This document shows, piece by piece, positions 36,555 to 49,310 of a stretch of 64,000 nt of DNA (its first letter is position 1; the number at the start of each line of letters is the position of its first letter). The stretch covers positions 49,871,268 through 49,935,267 of the forward strand of contig JARDVH010000110.1 in NCBI GenBank assembly GCA_030324005.1, written 5' to 3'. The translations under genes were made by a program, and so were the position numbers. The DNA is from Negaprion brevirostris (Eukaryota). Below the pieces are notes generated by a model that was given only the letters and a program-made list of their open reading frames with translations, was not told the DNA's origin and ran no database searches.

Positions 36555-36790
36555 TCATAGAATCCCTACAGTGTAGAAGAAGGCTATTCAGCCCATCCAG
36601 TCTGCACTGACAACAATCCCAGCCAGGCCTTATCCCCATAACCCCATATGTTTATCCTGCTAATCCTCCTGACACTGAGGAGCAATTTAGCACGGCCAAC
36701 CTTTGGAGTGTGGGAGGAAACCCATGCAGAGAATGAGCAAACTCCATACTGACAGTGACCAGAAGCTGGAATTGAACCTGGGTCCCTGAC
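36555..36790 (-). mobile_element. HE1 V-SINE, tail type A, internally deleted
   Basis: atcatagaatccctacagtgtagaagaagg...ggaattgaacctgggtccctg. Confidence 0.85.
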
Positions 36791-37504
36791 ATGTAATCAG
36801 CAACTACAAAATGACAGTTACAAAACCTGGCAGTAGCTGACCTGGGTGGCAAATCAGATGCAATCCAAGAAATTGTTAAAGGGGTACAGAATGCAAAGTG
36901 TAAGAGGGGACATTAAATTTAAATAAACAAAACATGACTGTTTTATAGCCCAGAAAGTCTTCACGGGAAAAGCAACATTATGCTTGAGCAATTTCGTTAT
37001 TGGATTCAGTTTACCAGCATCCACGAGGCAAAACNNNNNNNNNNNNNNNNNNNNNNNNNNNNNNNNNNNNNNNNNNNNNNNNNNNNNNNNNNNNNNNNNN
37101 NNNNNNNNNNNNNNNNNNNNNNNNNNNNNNNNNNGGTCCCTGAAAGGAGATTCCACCCCCCCCCCAAAAAAAATCGGGCCCTTAAGGGGCTTTTGATTAC
37201 TTTAAGTATTTCAGTTGGCCCACAGGCAGGCAGGCTATCAAATGCCTCCCATTGCCTGCTCCTATGCAGGCAAGTTTGTCTCGGGTCAGGGGCAGGCAGG
37301 CAGGCAACGGACACCGTCCTTGGCATTTCACCAAATTTTGCAGGCCACCCATTCGATCCAGCCCAACATTTCAGCTACTTGTATCACACTGTAGGATTCC
37401 TATGTTACAGAGGAGGTGTCACTTCACTACTTTGAAGACACAGCCCATACCTCCAGCAATGCAATGAATAGTTCAAGAGAAGGAGGAAGATCCGGCTGAG
37501 GAAA

Positions 37505-37980
37505 AGGTGTTAGGCCAATTGGTCTATAGTTTCCTGCTTTCCGTTTTCTTTGATTAGAAGAGTCACGTGTTCTATTTTCTAATTTGATGGCACCTTTCCA
37601 GATTTAAGGGCGTTTTGGAAAATGCAACCAGTGCATCTACTATGTATGTAGCCATTTTTTAAGATCCTAGGATGCAGGGCATCAGGTCTTGGGGACTTGT
37701 CAGACTTTTTAGTTCTCATGTTTTTCTCATTACCTTTTCTCTAGGGATTGCAATTGCTTTGAGTTCCTCCTTCCCTTTCACATCTCAATTTACAACTATT
37801 TCCGGGATGTTATTCTTCTACAGTGAAGACAGACGCAAAATATCTGTTTTGACGCTTTCACCATTTCCCCATTTCCCGCCATTAATTCCCCAGTTTCACT
37901 CTCTAGAGGACCAATGTTCCCGTTACCTACTCCTATCCTTTTTAAGTTCTTGTAAAATCTCCTTACCTTCCTTCTGTCAC
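37505..37980 (-). mobile_element. CR1 ORF2 internal fragment
   Basis: NIGPLESETGELMAGNGEMVKA-like peptide, homologous to the + strand CR1 piece at about 19090-19200. Confidence 0.7.
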
Positions 37981-39675
37981 TGACCTTAGAACATCTGCTT
38001 GGGCACAGTGTAAAGATGAAAACCACCAGAAAATATCCATTCCATATAAAATTTGCTGATCAAGTTATAACATGTTGCATGTAGAAGTCAGCAAATCACT
38101 TTTGAGCATTTTCTTTCTGTCTACCTGCTATGTGTCTTTCCTGTTCAAATGCGTCTGCGCAGTACTAAATCAGTTGCTGCACCTTGGCTGCTGGCAGGCT
38201 TTCAAGGGAGACTGCAGTTGGCATTAGAGGACAACCATGAGCACCTCTGGACTGAGAAGGCTTGGCTTTGGATTGCACCGTTTTTCTGGGTGACAGTCTA
38301 GGCTGGCAGGCCAGTGGGCAACAGTGATCGTACTGACAGAGTGGCCAGGCTGAGAGGATGTATCTAATCTTCCTTATAGAAGATACTTTGTGATCCATAG
38401 TTCCACTGCCACTTCCCTAGGATACCAATTTAGCAATCCTAGCAATCCACTGAAGGATAAATTAATGAATTAGTGTGAGATCCTCTAAGTCTCTTTGCAC
38501 ATTGGCAACCCCCAAAGTCTACATGGCAATAGGCTGGACTTCCATGACTTCACTCAGTCTTACATTGGCTGAAACCTTAGCCATCAGATATTGTATTATG
38601 ATTAGGTCCACTGAAAAAGTTGATCATCACTCCCTTGCTGGAACAGGTGGACTGCAAGCTCTTCACAAGGCCCCATTTCAAGTTGGTGCTCAATTCCTTC
38701 ATGTGGCAACTCCTTAACATTGACTGCAGATTTTCTGATCGACTTCCCAATGTACCAAGTATCTACTTTTTCCTGTAACCTGATTTATAAAAGTGCTCAT
38801 GTGAGTCCCCTGTAGCAGAACCCTTATTGTGATCTCTCTTGGCAGTTAGTTGGCACCTGAGCGATCCTTGCTCCTTGCTCTGGGTGTATGCCATTTCTAC
38901 CTGGTGCCTCACCATGTGTAGATTCTACTTATAAGATCTCATGTAATTTACATATACTACCTGAGCTATGTAAAATCAAGTGAGAGTGCTGTGTCTTTTT
39001 GTGTTTCTGCAATACCTGGCCACGTTACACCTTGAGGATCTGAAAGGAGAAAGATTAAAGTTGTGATGCAGGAGTGGGGGAAGTAAAAGGTGCATGCTTG
39101 CTTGACATGTAGCTTGTAACTCAAAAGGGAGTGTAGGATGAGGGGGAAGAGCGATGAGAAGCAAGATCACATGCACATATCGTTTGTCATCTTTTATGTT
39201 TTCCAACACACTGATGGGATTAGTCTCAGCAATAGCCATCTCAATAATGGGCAACACTCATCTCCATTTCCCCTTTGCCAGTAGCTGTGCACCCCCTGTC
39301 CTGCAAGAGAGGAGAAGTTGTCAGTGAGTGTCATTTAATTAGGCAGAATATAACCTTACAATGCTGATGGTAGGATATGTCATTTGCCACTGGCAGTGAC
39401 GACTAGTGTGAGCTAATTGAATTTATTGCAACCCTGCACCCAGATCCTCAGATCTTGATTCCTTACACTGACCACCCAAGGTTTTCTGCTCCCATTACCT
39501 TCTGAGCATTGTCTGCAAGGACTACAGACACAATGCAGATACAGTTAATCTCTCATTTTCACCTCCTAGAAGGCATCCAAAGCTGAATCTGAAAACCTTG
39601 GAGCCCATTCTCTCCCATATTCTTCTGACCAGTCAGAATCATGGAGGAAGGATAAAACCAGCAATTGGAAGTTCC

Positions 39676-39948
39676 AGTGGCACAATGGTTAGCACTGCTG
39701 CCTCACAGTGCCAGACACCTGGGTTCAATTCCCAGCTTGGGTCATTCTCTGTGTGGAGTCTGCACATTCTTCCATTTTCTGCGTGGGTTTCCTCCCACAG
39801 TCTAAAAGACATGCTGGTTTGGTGCATTGGCCATGCAATATTCTGCCTCAGTCTACCCAAACAGGCACCGGAGTGTGGCGACGAGGGGAATTTCACATTG
39901 CAGTGTTAATGTAAGCCAACTTGTGACACTAATAAATCAACTTAAACT
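39676..39948 (+). mobile_element. HE1-like SINE, tail type B
   Basis: Head, V-domain and type B tail ending gtgacactaataaatcaactt. Confidence 0.88.
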
Positions 39949-40039
39949 TCCCTTCCCGGATGCACCTTCCTGTTCTGGCAATGTTAATTCTCCCCCACCA
40001 TCCTGTCTCACCAAGTTTCACCACGACACATCAACATCC

Positions 40040-40700
40040 CTGTCCCTTTCCAGTAATGTTCCCCACCTCACTCCCAACAATGCACATCCCTTGCCTACTC
40101 CCCCCCAACCTCCCATCTCTCCTCCCATAGTATTCATCCCCTTGACAGTGCTCAACCTCCTCCTCAACAGCCCCTCCCCAACCAGAGTTGGAGAGTGTTG
40201 CTCAACACCTATCCCTGTACAGACAGTCCTCACCAACTCCTTTGTCCATCCCCTGCAGTATACAACGCTCACCCCAAAACCCTGCCCAGGAAGTGGTGAA
40301 TCCCCACCCCTATCCTGGACCATGCTCACCCCTTCTGCCCACCAACTAGTAGAGTGCTCACTCCCTACACCTACCAGGAGTGTGCTCAATTCCTAAACCC
40401 ATGTTTATTCTCTCCTTTCATCCCAAACAGTAAAATGCTCACATGTCCTGCCCCCACCCCCAGACAGTACAGTACTCACCCACACCTGTTCTTCGCTCCT
40501 GTACAGTACAGCACCTGCTCCCTACGTCTGTCCTGCCCCACTGCAAATACAGTGCTCATCTCCTACCTCTGTTCCAAAATTATCATCCCTTCCCAGACAA
40601 TACAGCACCCTTATACTGGTTAGCACAGTGTTCGCCATCTACCCCCACTCTGGACAGTGCTCACCCCTTCAGACACAGTAAAGTGTTCCGACCATCCCAC
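40040..40700. repeat. Degenerate C-rich minisatellite (core acagtgctcacccc)
   Basis: About ten variants of (a/c)cagtgctcac(c)n at irregular 30-60 nt spacing. Confidence 0.6.
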
Positions 40701-40715
40701 ACTGCATCTCCCGGT

Positions 40716-41025
40716 GGGCGGCACAGTGGTTAGCACTGCTGCCTTACAGCTCCAGGAATCCACGTTCAGTTCTGGCCTTGGATGACTGTGTGGAGTTTGC
40801 ACATTCTCCCCGTGTCTACGTAGATTTCCTCTGGGTGTTCCAGTTTCCTCCCACAGTCCAAAGATGTGCAAGTTAAGTTGATTGGCCATGCTAAATTAGC
40901 CCTAGTGTCAAGGCAATTAGCAGGGTAAATATATGGGATTATGAGAATAGGGCCTGGGAGGGATTGTGTTTGGTGCAGACATGACGGGCCAAATGGCATC
41001 CTTCTGCATGTAAGGTTGCTATGCA
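40716..41025 (+). mobile_element. HE1 V-SINE, full length, tail type A
   Basis: gggcggcacagtggttagcactgctgcc...ggccaaatggcatccttctgca. Confidence 0.9.
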
Positions 41026-41376
41026 TGCTAGGTGTGAACTATTACACCTTCAATGTAAGCATTCTTACATGGAATATTTCAGCACTGCTGTGATTGTTTT
41101 GGCTACATGCTAAAATAAAACATTGATTTGATGAATTATCATGGTGTGTCATACTGGTATATTGCCATTAGATGACTAAAGTAAGCAGACATGCAATTTA
41201 CAAAAAATAAAAGTCAAGAGGTCAAAGAAGAGGGCAATCAAGAATCAAAAATTTTTAGCATTACCAGTCATTTTACAGCCAATTACAACATGATCCCAAA
41301 AATCTGCAAAGCTTTCTTAAACAAAGTGACTTAAAAGACATATTTCTACTGTATATAAAAGTATCAAAATATTCAC

Positions 41377-41459
41377 CTGAATTCATTTAAAGCCTCTATA
41401 ATTCTACTGTTGCCCAGAACACGATTTGTCTCAGAAATTCTAGTTTTCATTTTCATTGC
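41377..41459 (-). CDS. FNIP1: FNIP1 exon 11
   Basis: 83 nt, ttttag|GCA...AG|gtgaat. AMKMKTRISETNRVLGNSRIIEALNEFR vs recalled human AMKMSRR...NRIVDALNEFR. Confidence 0.93.
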
Positions 41460-43186
41460 CTAAAAGGAAGAATACAAAGTGTGTTCAGTAGGTGTACCCA
41501 AACATGCTAAATTCCTGTTCAAAATACATAGGGAAGGTTATAGCCTTAATTGTGATTATTAAGGCGTGAGCAAATCTTACTTTACATGGTCTTTATTGAT
41601 TTTCTACGTAGGGATTTCCACAACTCCTGAGAAGCTAAAGGGCAACGGAATACATCCCCAAGTTTTGTATTTTAACCAGATCTAAGGTGTATGAAAGAAT
41701 AAGGTGTTACGTAACAAAAGTGACTACACTTAGTTCATTACTGGCGAAGCTTCTTAGGATGTTTGATACATGGAAATGTTCTTCCTTGAAGTGGAGCAAC
41801 ACTTAATCGCTTGTTCAAAGCTTTCAGCAACGTGTTGGAATGCATTATTAAGATGACTGGGGAATATGTTCCAGCCATTTCCGTGGAAACTTGTGGCGCT
41901 AACTTTGGTAGATAATATTTTATTGATGGTGGATTTAAAGCGCGAGTTCACCACTTCAGCCTGTATGCTCCAGGGACATATTTGAGAAGTGACAAAGGAC
42001 ATCTTGATTTGTGTGCCCTTCTCTAATGCAAGGCAAATGTTTGATGCAACAGACAAGTCCAAACAGTCCATCCCTAGTGTTCAGAATTCTTTGGTGTGAA
42101 ATGCAAGAGCTCCCTCTGCCTTGTACAAAAAGATCCAGGACAAAGACATGAGAGCAGTTGAGAAGCAAAGGCCTCTGGCCTTTCAAGTACCATGGAGAGG
42201 GGTATGGCAAGTACAGCTCTTTGCCAAAGACATTTGTACCTAGATAGCTGCTCGCAGGCAGGTAAGAGAGTACTCTGGGCTTAATAAATACAATGACTGT
42301 CTCAGAAATGTGCAATCAGCTGCCACTGGAGTTACACAACTCCATATGGTCTAAAAAAAAATATTCAACAGGATGGGGTAACTGGGTTCAAGCCACGTCC
42401 AGGAGTAAAGTGACAGGGTGTTTATGCCACGTTACTCCATGTTGTTCTGGAAGAGCTTGAATTTTTGCTGCTCCTTCAGCAAGGTTTCAAACCCAAAGAG
42501 TGAGTTTTCTAATGAGTAATCAGCAGCAATCCTCTGGGAGGAAAGTGGGGCATAAAATTTGTGTCTTTGAGCTACATTGGCTCAGTGGTGATACGTCTGC
42601 TAATGGTAATTAGAAACTGGCTACAAAATTGTAATTCCATTTTGAACCAGCAAATTAACTGTTGATATGACGAGTCATATGATGAGTCAGTCTGGCAAAT
42701 GGGAACCAGGTGAAGTAAACCTCTTACTGAAGATTAGGGTCGCACTCACATTACCTCAAATAGGCAGTTGTCTTGTCTGGCAGGAAGCTTTTCAGTTCTA
42801 TGTTAGAATGGCAAGTATAATTTTAGCTGATTAAAATTCTGCACTATCCCTGTACACACTTGGGAATCCTTAAGATTTCAGTTCTGCCAAACCAGGCCTA
42901 AGATGTACAGACATGGGTAAAAAAAAGGGTGCCTCAACTGGGAGTATGTGTGCAAAACAGAAACTTGACCATTGTAGATTTATTAGTAGCTGACAATGGT
43001 GATAAGTCTGTGTATGTGGTAACAGCTGGCTGACTAAGGGTGTAATAAAATCAGTAAAGCTCATGTTGGAATGGAGTAGGCAAGTACATGTCCAAGATTC
43101 TTTACACAGTGAGTTGAATTCAGCAGCTTCTGGCAGAGATATTCATACTTCTTGTTCCAATCAGACTGCTCACCTGTTTTGGCATA

Positions 43187-43484
43187 GGGTGGCACAGTAT
43201 TACAGTGGTTAGCACTGTTATTTCACAATGCCAGGGACCTGGGTTCGATTCCTGGCTTGGATCACTGTCTTGCAGAATTTGCATGTTCACCCAGTGCCTG
43301 GGTGGGTTTCCTCCGGGCGCTGTAGTTTTCTCCCACAGTGCGAAAGATGTGCTGGTTAGATAGATTGCCCATGCTAAAATTCTCCCTTAGTGTACCTGAA
43401 CAGGCCAGGTGCCAGAGCTTAGCGACAAGGGGATTTTCACAGTAATTTCATTAAGCTTACTTGTGACACCAATAAATAAACTGT
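43187..43484 (+). mobile_element. HE1-like SINE, full length, tail type B
   Basis: Head with gggttcgattcc B box; tail ends gtgacaccaataaataaact. Confidence 0.88.
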
Positions 43485-43907
43485 AAAGCAGCCATTTCAG
43501 AGCGAGAATAGCTAAGGCATTAGAAAAATATTGTCTGATTGTTCTCAATTGGGGTGTAATACACTATAAAGGTGGATCTAGAAGTGGGGAACAGTGAAAA
43601 TGGTGATTTATAACCTACTCTCCTTACCCACACCATCTTTATTTCACTAGGGACTTAGAACTATGAAAAGAAATTACTTTCACTAGAACACTGCTTCAGT
43701 ACCATGCTACACATTTTATACTGAGATTTTTTTTTCCTAATAACAACAAAGGTTCTCTTTTTCACAGGAGATACACACTTAAAAAAAATTCCCAGCACAT
43801 CATCCATTACGGAGGCAAACAGAACCAGCCAGGGGCAGTCAGCAAATGACTCAGACGAAACCATACAGCATCACTTCCCGATTAGCAGAAGGAGGAAGCG
43901 CGAGTAC

Positions 43908-44109
43908 CTGCTCGATAGCGAATTTCAGCCTGTTCACATGACTCTCAAAGAGAGGAAAATGAGCAAAGAAGAACTCGTGAAACTTGGTATTCTCTTCCTC
44001 ATCTTGTGACAGCGAAAATATGATGCCAATAGCAATCTTCTTTTTTCGAACGATGGAGGGGTTCGAACTGCAGCTTTCATCGGACATATTAAAGCTCTCC
44101 TCAATGGAC
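43908..44109 (-). CDS. FNIP1: FNIP1 exon 10
   Basis: 202 nt, tttcag|G...CAG|gtactc. [33 protein letters not shown]...[18 protein letters not shown]. Confidence 0.95.
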
Positions 44110-45112
44110 CTGAAAATCCAGAGAGGTCAGTGAGCATTTGAACAAACATTTAAAGTAACATGTGCAGAAAAGCTTCACTGAATATTAACAACTCAAGGTG
44201 AAACACGGCTACGTAAAATAACTTAATTTTGCAAAATCTTTTGTGGCAAAAGGCAGCAAAAGTGCTTTAGGATAGCAGCTGGCACTGTCTTAGTGCTATT
44301 CTAGTTAAGATCTTAGCTTTTCTGCTTCATGGAATCACACTTCAGCCGGTGTGCAGAGAAGCACAGGAAAATGCAGAAGAAATGCAAGCAGAGTCCATAG
44401 CATCTGGCCCCCAAAAACAAAACAAAAAAAATCAGCAATTCTGTCAATGGTCAGCTGCTTTGATCAGGGGTGGTGTACAGAATGTGACAGAGTAGGGAAA
44501 AGGGAAAAGCAGAAACCATAGGGTGAGGGAGATTTCTCTAAATAACCTCCCACTCCCCACCAAGTGTCACAGAATGAAGCTCTGTGACCTGCAGACTGAT
44601 CAGTAGTACAATCCTACACAGTGTTTTAATTTGTAAACACAACGACCCGGATTTTTCAGCTTTGATGCGTTTACTGATCGGGTGAAAGATCACAAGCTGA
44701 GAAATACAAAACCCTGACCCACATCTGAATATTCAAAATTCAATTTAAAATTTAAAAGAAAAAAAATCAAAAGGCACCTATTAGAGCAGGGGAAAAGGAC
44801 TTGAGGTCTCCAATTCTTAATTTACTTGTCCTCGGACAGCTGCAACAGCAGATTCTTTACATGTCAGGCTATCACCTCGAGAGTCATTAAATGATCACTT
44901 TACAATCTGTGTGTGGTGAGATTCAAACTGGTTGAACCACACCTGTCAGCTGTACTTCCCAATTTCTCTTCCCCCCACACCCTCCAATGAAGCGACTAAA
45001 GTTGAAACAAAGTATTCATCAGGCAGAGAACGAGAGGAGAAACTCTCAAAGAACCTATGCTGTAGCATGGGGTGAAAATATATTGTTTCCATTAGAGATA
45101 AATCAGTGTGAT

Positions 45113-45258
45113 ATCATAGAATCCCTACAGTGCAGGAGGCCACCATTTGGCCCATCAAGCCTGTACTGACAACAATCCCACCGAGGCCCCACCCTCACAA
45201 TCCCACGCATTTACCCTGCTAATCCCCCCGCCATTAAGGGGCAATTTATCATGGCCAA
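45113..45258 (-). mobile_element. HE1 SINE 3' part, tail type A
   Basis: atcatagaatccctacagtgcagg...gcaatttatcatggccaat. Confidence 0.82.
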
Positions 45259-45386
45259 TATGATATGGTGATGGTTTATAAGTTTCAGCGTATTGGATGG
45301 TGGACAGGGCAAGACGTAGAATTGTGTGAAAATGTCACTCAGTACCAGCATGTATAAAATGCAAGAAGACTTTTTTTTAGACTTAC

Positions 45387-45522
45387 CATCTGGGGAAAAC
45401 ACCATTTTCAAGACTAGTATTCTGACTGCGGCGCCAACGTCGATGATAACTGCTTGCACAACTATTTGGAAGCGAGGAGCTTGGTGAAGGGAATGGAGTG
45501 ATAAGCAGGCTGCTCAAGGAGG
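45387..45522 (-). CDS. FNIP1: FNIP1 exon 9
   Basis: 136 nt, ctacag|CC...TG|gtaagt. [46 protein letters not shown]. Confidence 0.97.
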
Positions 45523-46611
45523 CTGTAGACATCAGAAGAGATTTGTGATTTATCTGACAATTGCTAATGTAACTTAACTAAAACGCCAGCTCTGGTCCTT
45601 TCTAGTTCATTGTGATACCGCCTGCAAAACTAATCACTATTCACTTTTACAGTTACTCCAAAGAGAGTGTTCCACTGCCATCTTAGAGACAAGAATTCAA
45701 AAACGTAACCAATGCAGTAATGATGCTTGCTTCAGAATTACAAATTTACTTACAATTGATCTTATTACAAAAAAATCCCAGCAGATTTAGAACAGTCACA
45801 TTGTCTACACAGTCTGAAATGCTGAGCTTTATTTTTGCACAAGGATTTTGACAGTTTATTAGGGCATTTGAGAGCAGATTCCGGATAACACAAGGCACAC
45901 TTATCCTCTCTGATAGCCCATTCACTGCAGCATTGGCAGACACTGGTGATTAGTTTTGTTTGGTTGAAGATGGGTTATTTGCCCAAGGAAATGACCTAGT
46001 TACACGGTTTAATATTAAAGGCTTGGAAACATCAAGTTATATTTTAACGGACTCTATATGGGATAGGCATACATTTGCAGCCTTGATACTATATCAAAGG
46101 AATTAAAAATTGTGTAGAATTTTTAAAAAGATAACATTGAGCCAAATACTTGAAGACTCAAAAAGCTTTCTGCATTTTATAGGGAACCATTAAAGTTAAT
46201 TTCTGCTAGATTATAGTTATGATAAATTAGGACCACAGATTTCCCATGTCGGGAAGTCAAGGATGATGATGTCTGGAACTCATGCGTTCNNNNNNNNNNN
46301 NNNNNNNNNNNNNNNNNNNNNNNNNNNNNNNNNNNNNNNNNNNNNNNNNNNNNNNNNNNNNNNNNNNNNNNNNNNNNNNNNNNNNNNNNTCATGCGTTCA
46401 ACAGAATGCATCGTACTCATGGGACGTTTTTAGTAACAGTTGCTCAAAGTATATTTACTAGAATTTATATTTTCCTTACGAAAATTAAATTGTGACAAGT
46501 GCGTTGAGAGATTTCAATGTAACGAGGAGTTATGTGAAAGCAATTACAAAAACCATACATCCTTGCTTCAGGTTAACAAGCGCAAGTTGAAGCAATGCAT
46601 TCAATTCTCAC

Positions 46612-46683
46612 CAGATCGTGTTATTCCGCTGTCTCTGTCTTCATTGATTCCTCGACTGGGCATGTCCATTGGGGTGCTGTGAA
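46612..46683 (-). CDS. FNIP1: FNIP1 exon 8
   Basis: 72 nt, ttatag|TT...G|gtgaga. [24 protein letters not shown]. Confidence 0.96.
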
Positions 46684-47437
46684 CTATAAATATGAGGAAT
46701 GTGTGAGAATTTGCTCTCTAAGCAGGTTAACCACATCATGATGCAAGTAAAATCAACTTGTGGAACAGGATAAGCCACTAACTATCAGACAATCACATGG
46801 TGCAAAGCAGCATACATGCTGGTTTCATTACAAAGGAACATGTGAGTGAACATGCAATTTATTAGCCAACAACAGAATTTATAATATTACTAACATACCA
46901 CCACCGGAATCAAAACAAGGGTTGCACTGAATCAAGATCAGTTTTTTTGATGATTTGCGATGATAGAGTTGATATAATGTCATTTTGCAAATTAACAGAC
47001 CAATTATGCTTTTGGTTGCAAGCAACTTTTAAAGCATAAAAGAAAATTCAATGACGAATTGTGCTAACTCCAAGGTTGAAGTACAATCTTCTCTGCTGGA
47101 TTCCCCACATTAATTAACAATTAAAGGCCCAAATTTATTGGCACGCCTGCCCTGATTCAGGGCAGCTGAGGCTTGGAGAACTGCATTCTCCGTCGGCCTT
47201 GGGGCCGGATCATTCAAACCCTGGCGGACGTGTAAAATTCAGCCCAAAATCTCCCACAGCAGAAAACAACTCCGAATACCTAGCCTTCTGCCAAATAATT
47301 GCAAAAAATTAACTTGTGTTTTCTACTCATTAATTGAAGGCAAGAAGCATTTTTGCTTCCCCTATTCTACCCAATGACAAGTTAGCTAGCTTGCTTATGG
47401 CTAGAATACGGGAATAAATGGTGACAATCTTAATTTA

Positions 47438-47725
47438 CTGGACTAGAAATACTAATGCCCTAAGGGGCATAGGTTAGTTTAAGTCAATTCATAAATCTGG
47501 AATATAGAACTAATCCCAGGAACAGAGAACATGCCAACCATTGTTGATTAATATAGAAACCCATCTGGTTCACTAGCATTCTTCCTTGGTCTGGCCTACA
47601 TGCAACAGTAATGTGGTTGGCTCTTGAATGCCCTCTTAAATGACCAAACAAGCCACTTAGATCAAAGGCAATTAAGGATGGGCAACAAATGGCTGCTTTG
47701 CCAGTGATATCCACATCCCATGCAA
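47438..47725 (+). mobile_element. SINE sharing its 3' tail with the L2-like LINE
   Basis: Ends ggcaattaaggatgggcaacaaatggctgctttgccagtgatatccacatccc, matching the LINE end at about 32995-33050. A 5' fragment of a similar element lies at about 2683-2830. Confidence 0.65.
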
Positions 47726-49310
47726 GAAGAAAAAAAAACACACCTCGGAAAAGCAGCCTTTGGCCGACTCACGAAGCATGCATAAAATAACATTAGGCGC
47801 ACTCCGAGGACCAAACTGTGGGTTTATGAGGCCTCTGTTCTCAGTACCTTGCTGTATGGTTATGAAAAATGGACAATTTACAGATGTGTAAAAAGGAAGC
47901 TCAATAACTTCCATCATCGCAGTTTGTAATGCATTCTGGAAGGAGAAAAATCACAAATGCTGCACAAAAGGCAGATCTCCCAAAAATGTTTACACTCATC
48001 AAGCAGAGGGGACTTCGCTGGTTCAAGCACTTTTGCAGGATGGAAGATGGTTGCATAATGATGCATTTTCTGGGGTAGTTAGAGCCAGATGGCACGTAGG
48101 ACGCCCAAAATATTGCTTCAAGGATGCTGGCCAAAGTGAGATGAAAGTTCTAAATATGGATTTTTGTACCTGGGATACACTAGTTGATAACGGAGGAAAA
48201 TTATGACAGGATTGTGGGCTGGCATGTGCCAGCAACAGGCATCAACATCGAAGAGAACAATTTGATAACTGCTTCACATGTGCACTTCTGGGAGAACCTG
48301 TCCCACAGCTTGGTCTCTTCAGCCACCAGTAAAACTGCATCATCTGAAGCTAGCCCATCCTTAATGGATTTGCTCCCCATCCATCACAATACATAGATAG
48401 AAAGATTCCATTGACCTATATACATCCAACACACACAGACACAATCTGATAACTGGTGGCAGGATCTTCCAGAAAAATCATTTACTGCATTGTGTAATAT
48501 ACATAAACACAGCAACTGCATTTTCTTTTGAAAATGAGCCACAGGATCAAAGATTTAAACCCAGTTTGTAATTAGGCAGAAGTCCTTCAAATGTGCTTTT
48601 TACAACCAAACTAAATATATGTGATGATTAAAGAAAAACAAATGATTTGCTTGCATTGCAGTATCAAATGAATACTGTTTTTCCTTGGGTCAATAGTAAC
48701 ATGCTATATGTGAGATTTCAGATACGTCACTAAAGGAAGATGGTGGTCAGAGAAAAAAAACGTTCACCTCCGAGGTTGGGGAGGAACAGGAAGTTTGATT
48801 TCAAACAGCGAGTTACTCTGAACATGCTAAAAAGGTAACCCCAAAGGGCACTGGGCAAATCATGTGAACAGATTAGGACATCAGCAACAAATGCGTGACA
48901 TCCAAAAGGTCAAGTTGAATAATTATTTCCATCTAACTATATTTTGTAATTACATATTCAAATATTTGGATTGTGAATGAATATGAAATTGAATTGTCAT
49001 TTTTCCAGCTTAAATATCTTGTGTTTAAAATATTTCTCTCCTCTTTTGAACCTAATATTATTATGACAAAGCGAGTACCCAAGGCTTCTGACATTGCTAC
49101 TTAAAACACCATGAGAAAGTTTATCCCCAACTTGTGCTAAATATCTAATCTCGCTGCAAAATCTATTAGTCTGGCAGGATCAAAGCAGTTTTATTGCCAT
49201 AAAGAGCATTGTTCACTGCAATGCTGATATCCATGGTAATCAAGAGCAGTAAACAATTCTACTAGGTTCTAAACAGAGGCGCAATTTTTATTCATAAGCA
49301 GCCTCTTAAT

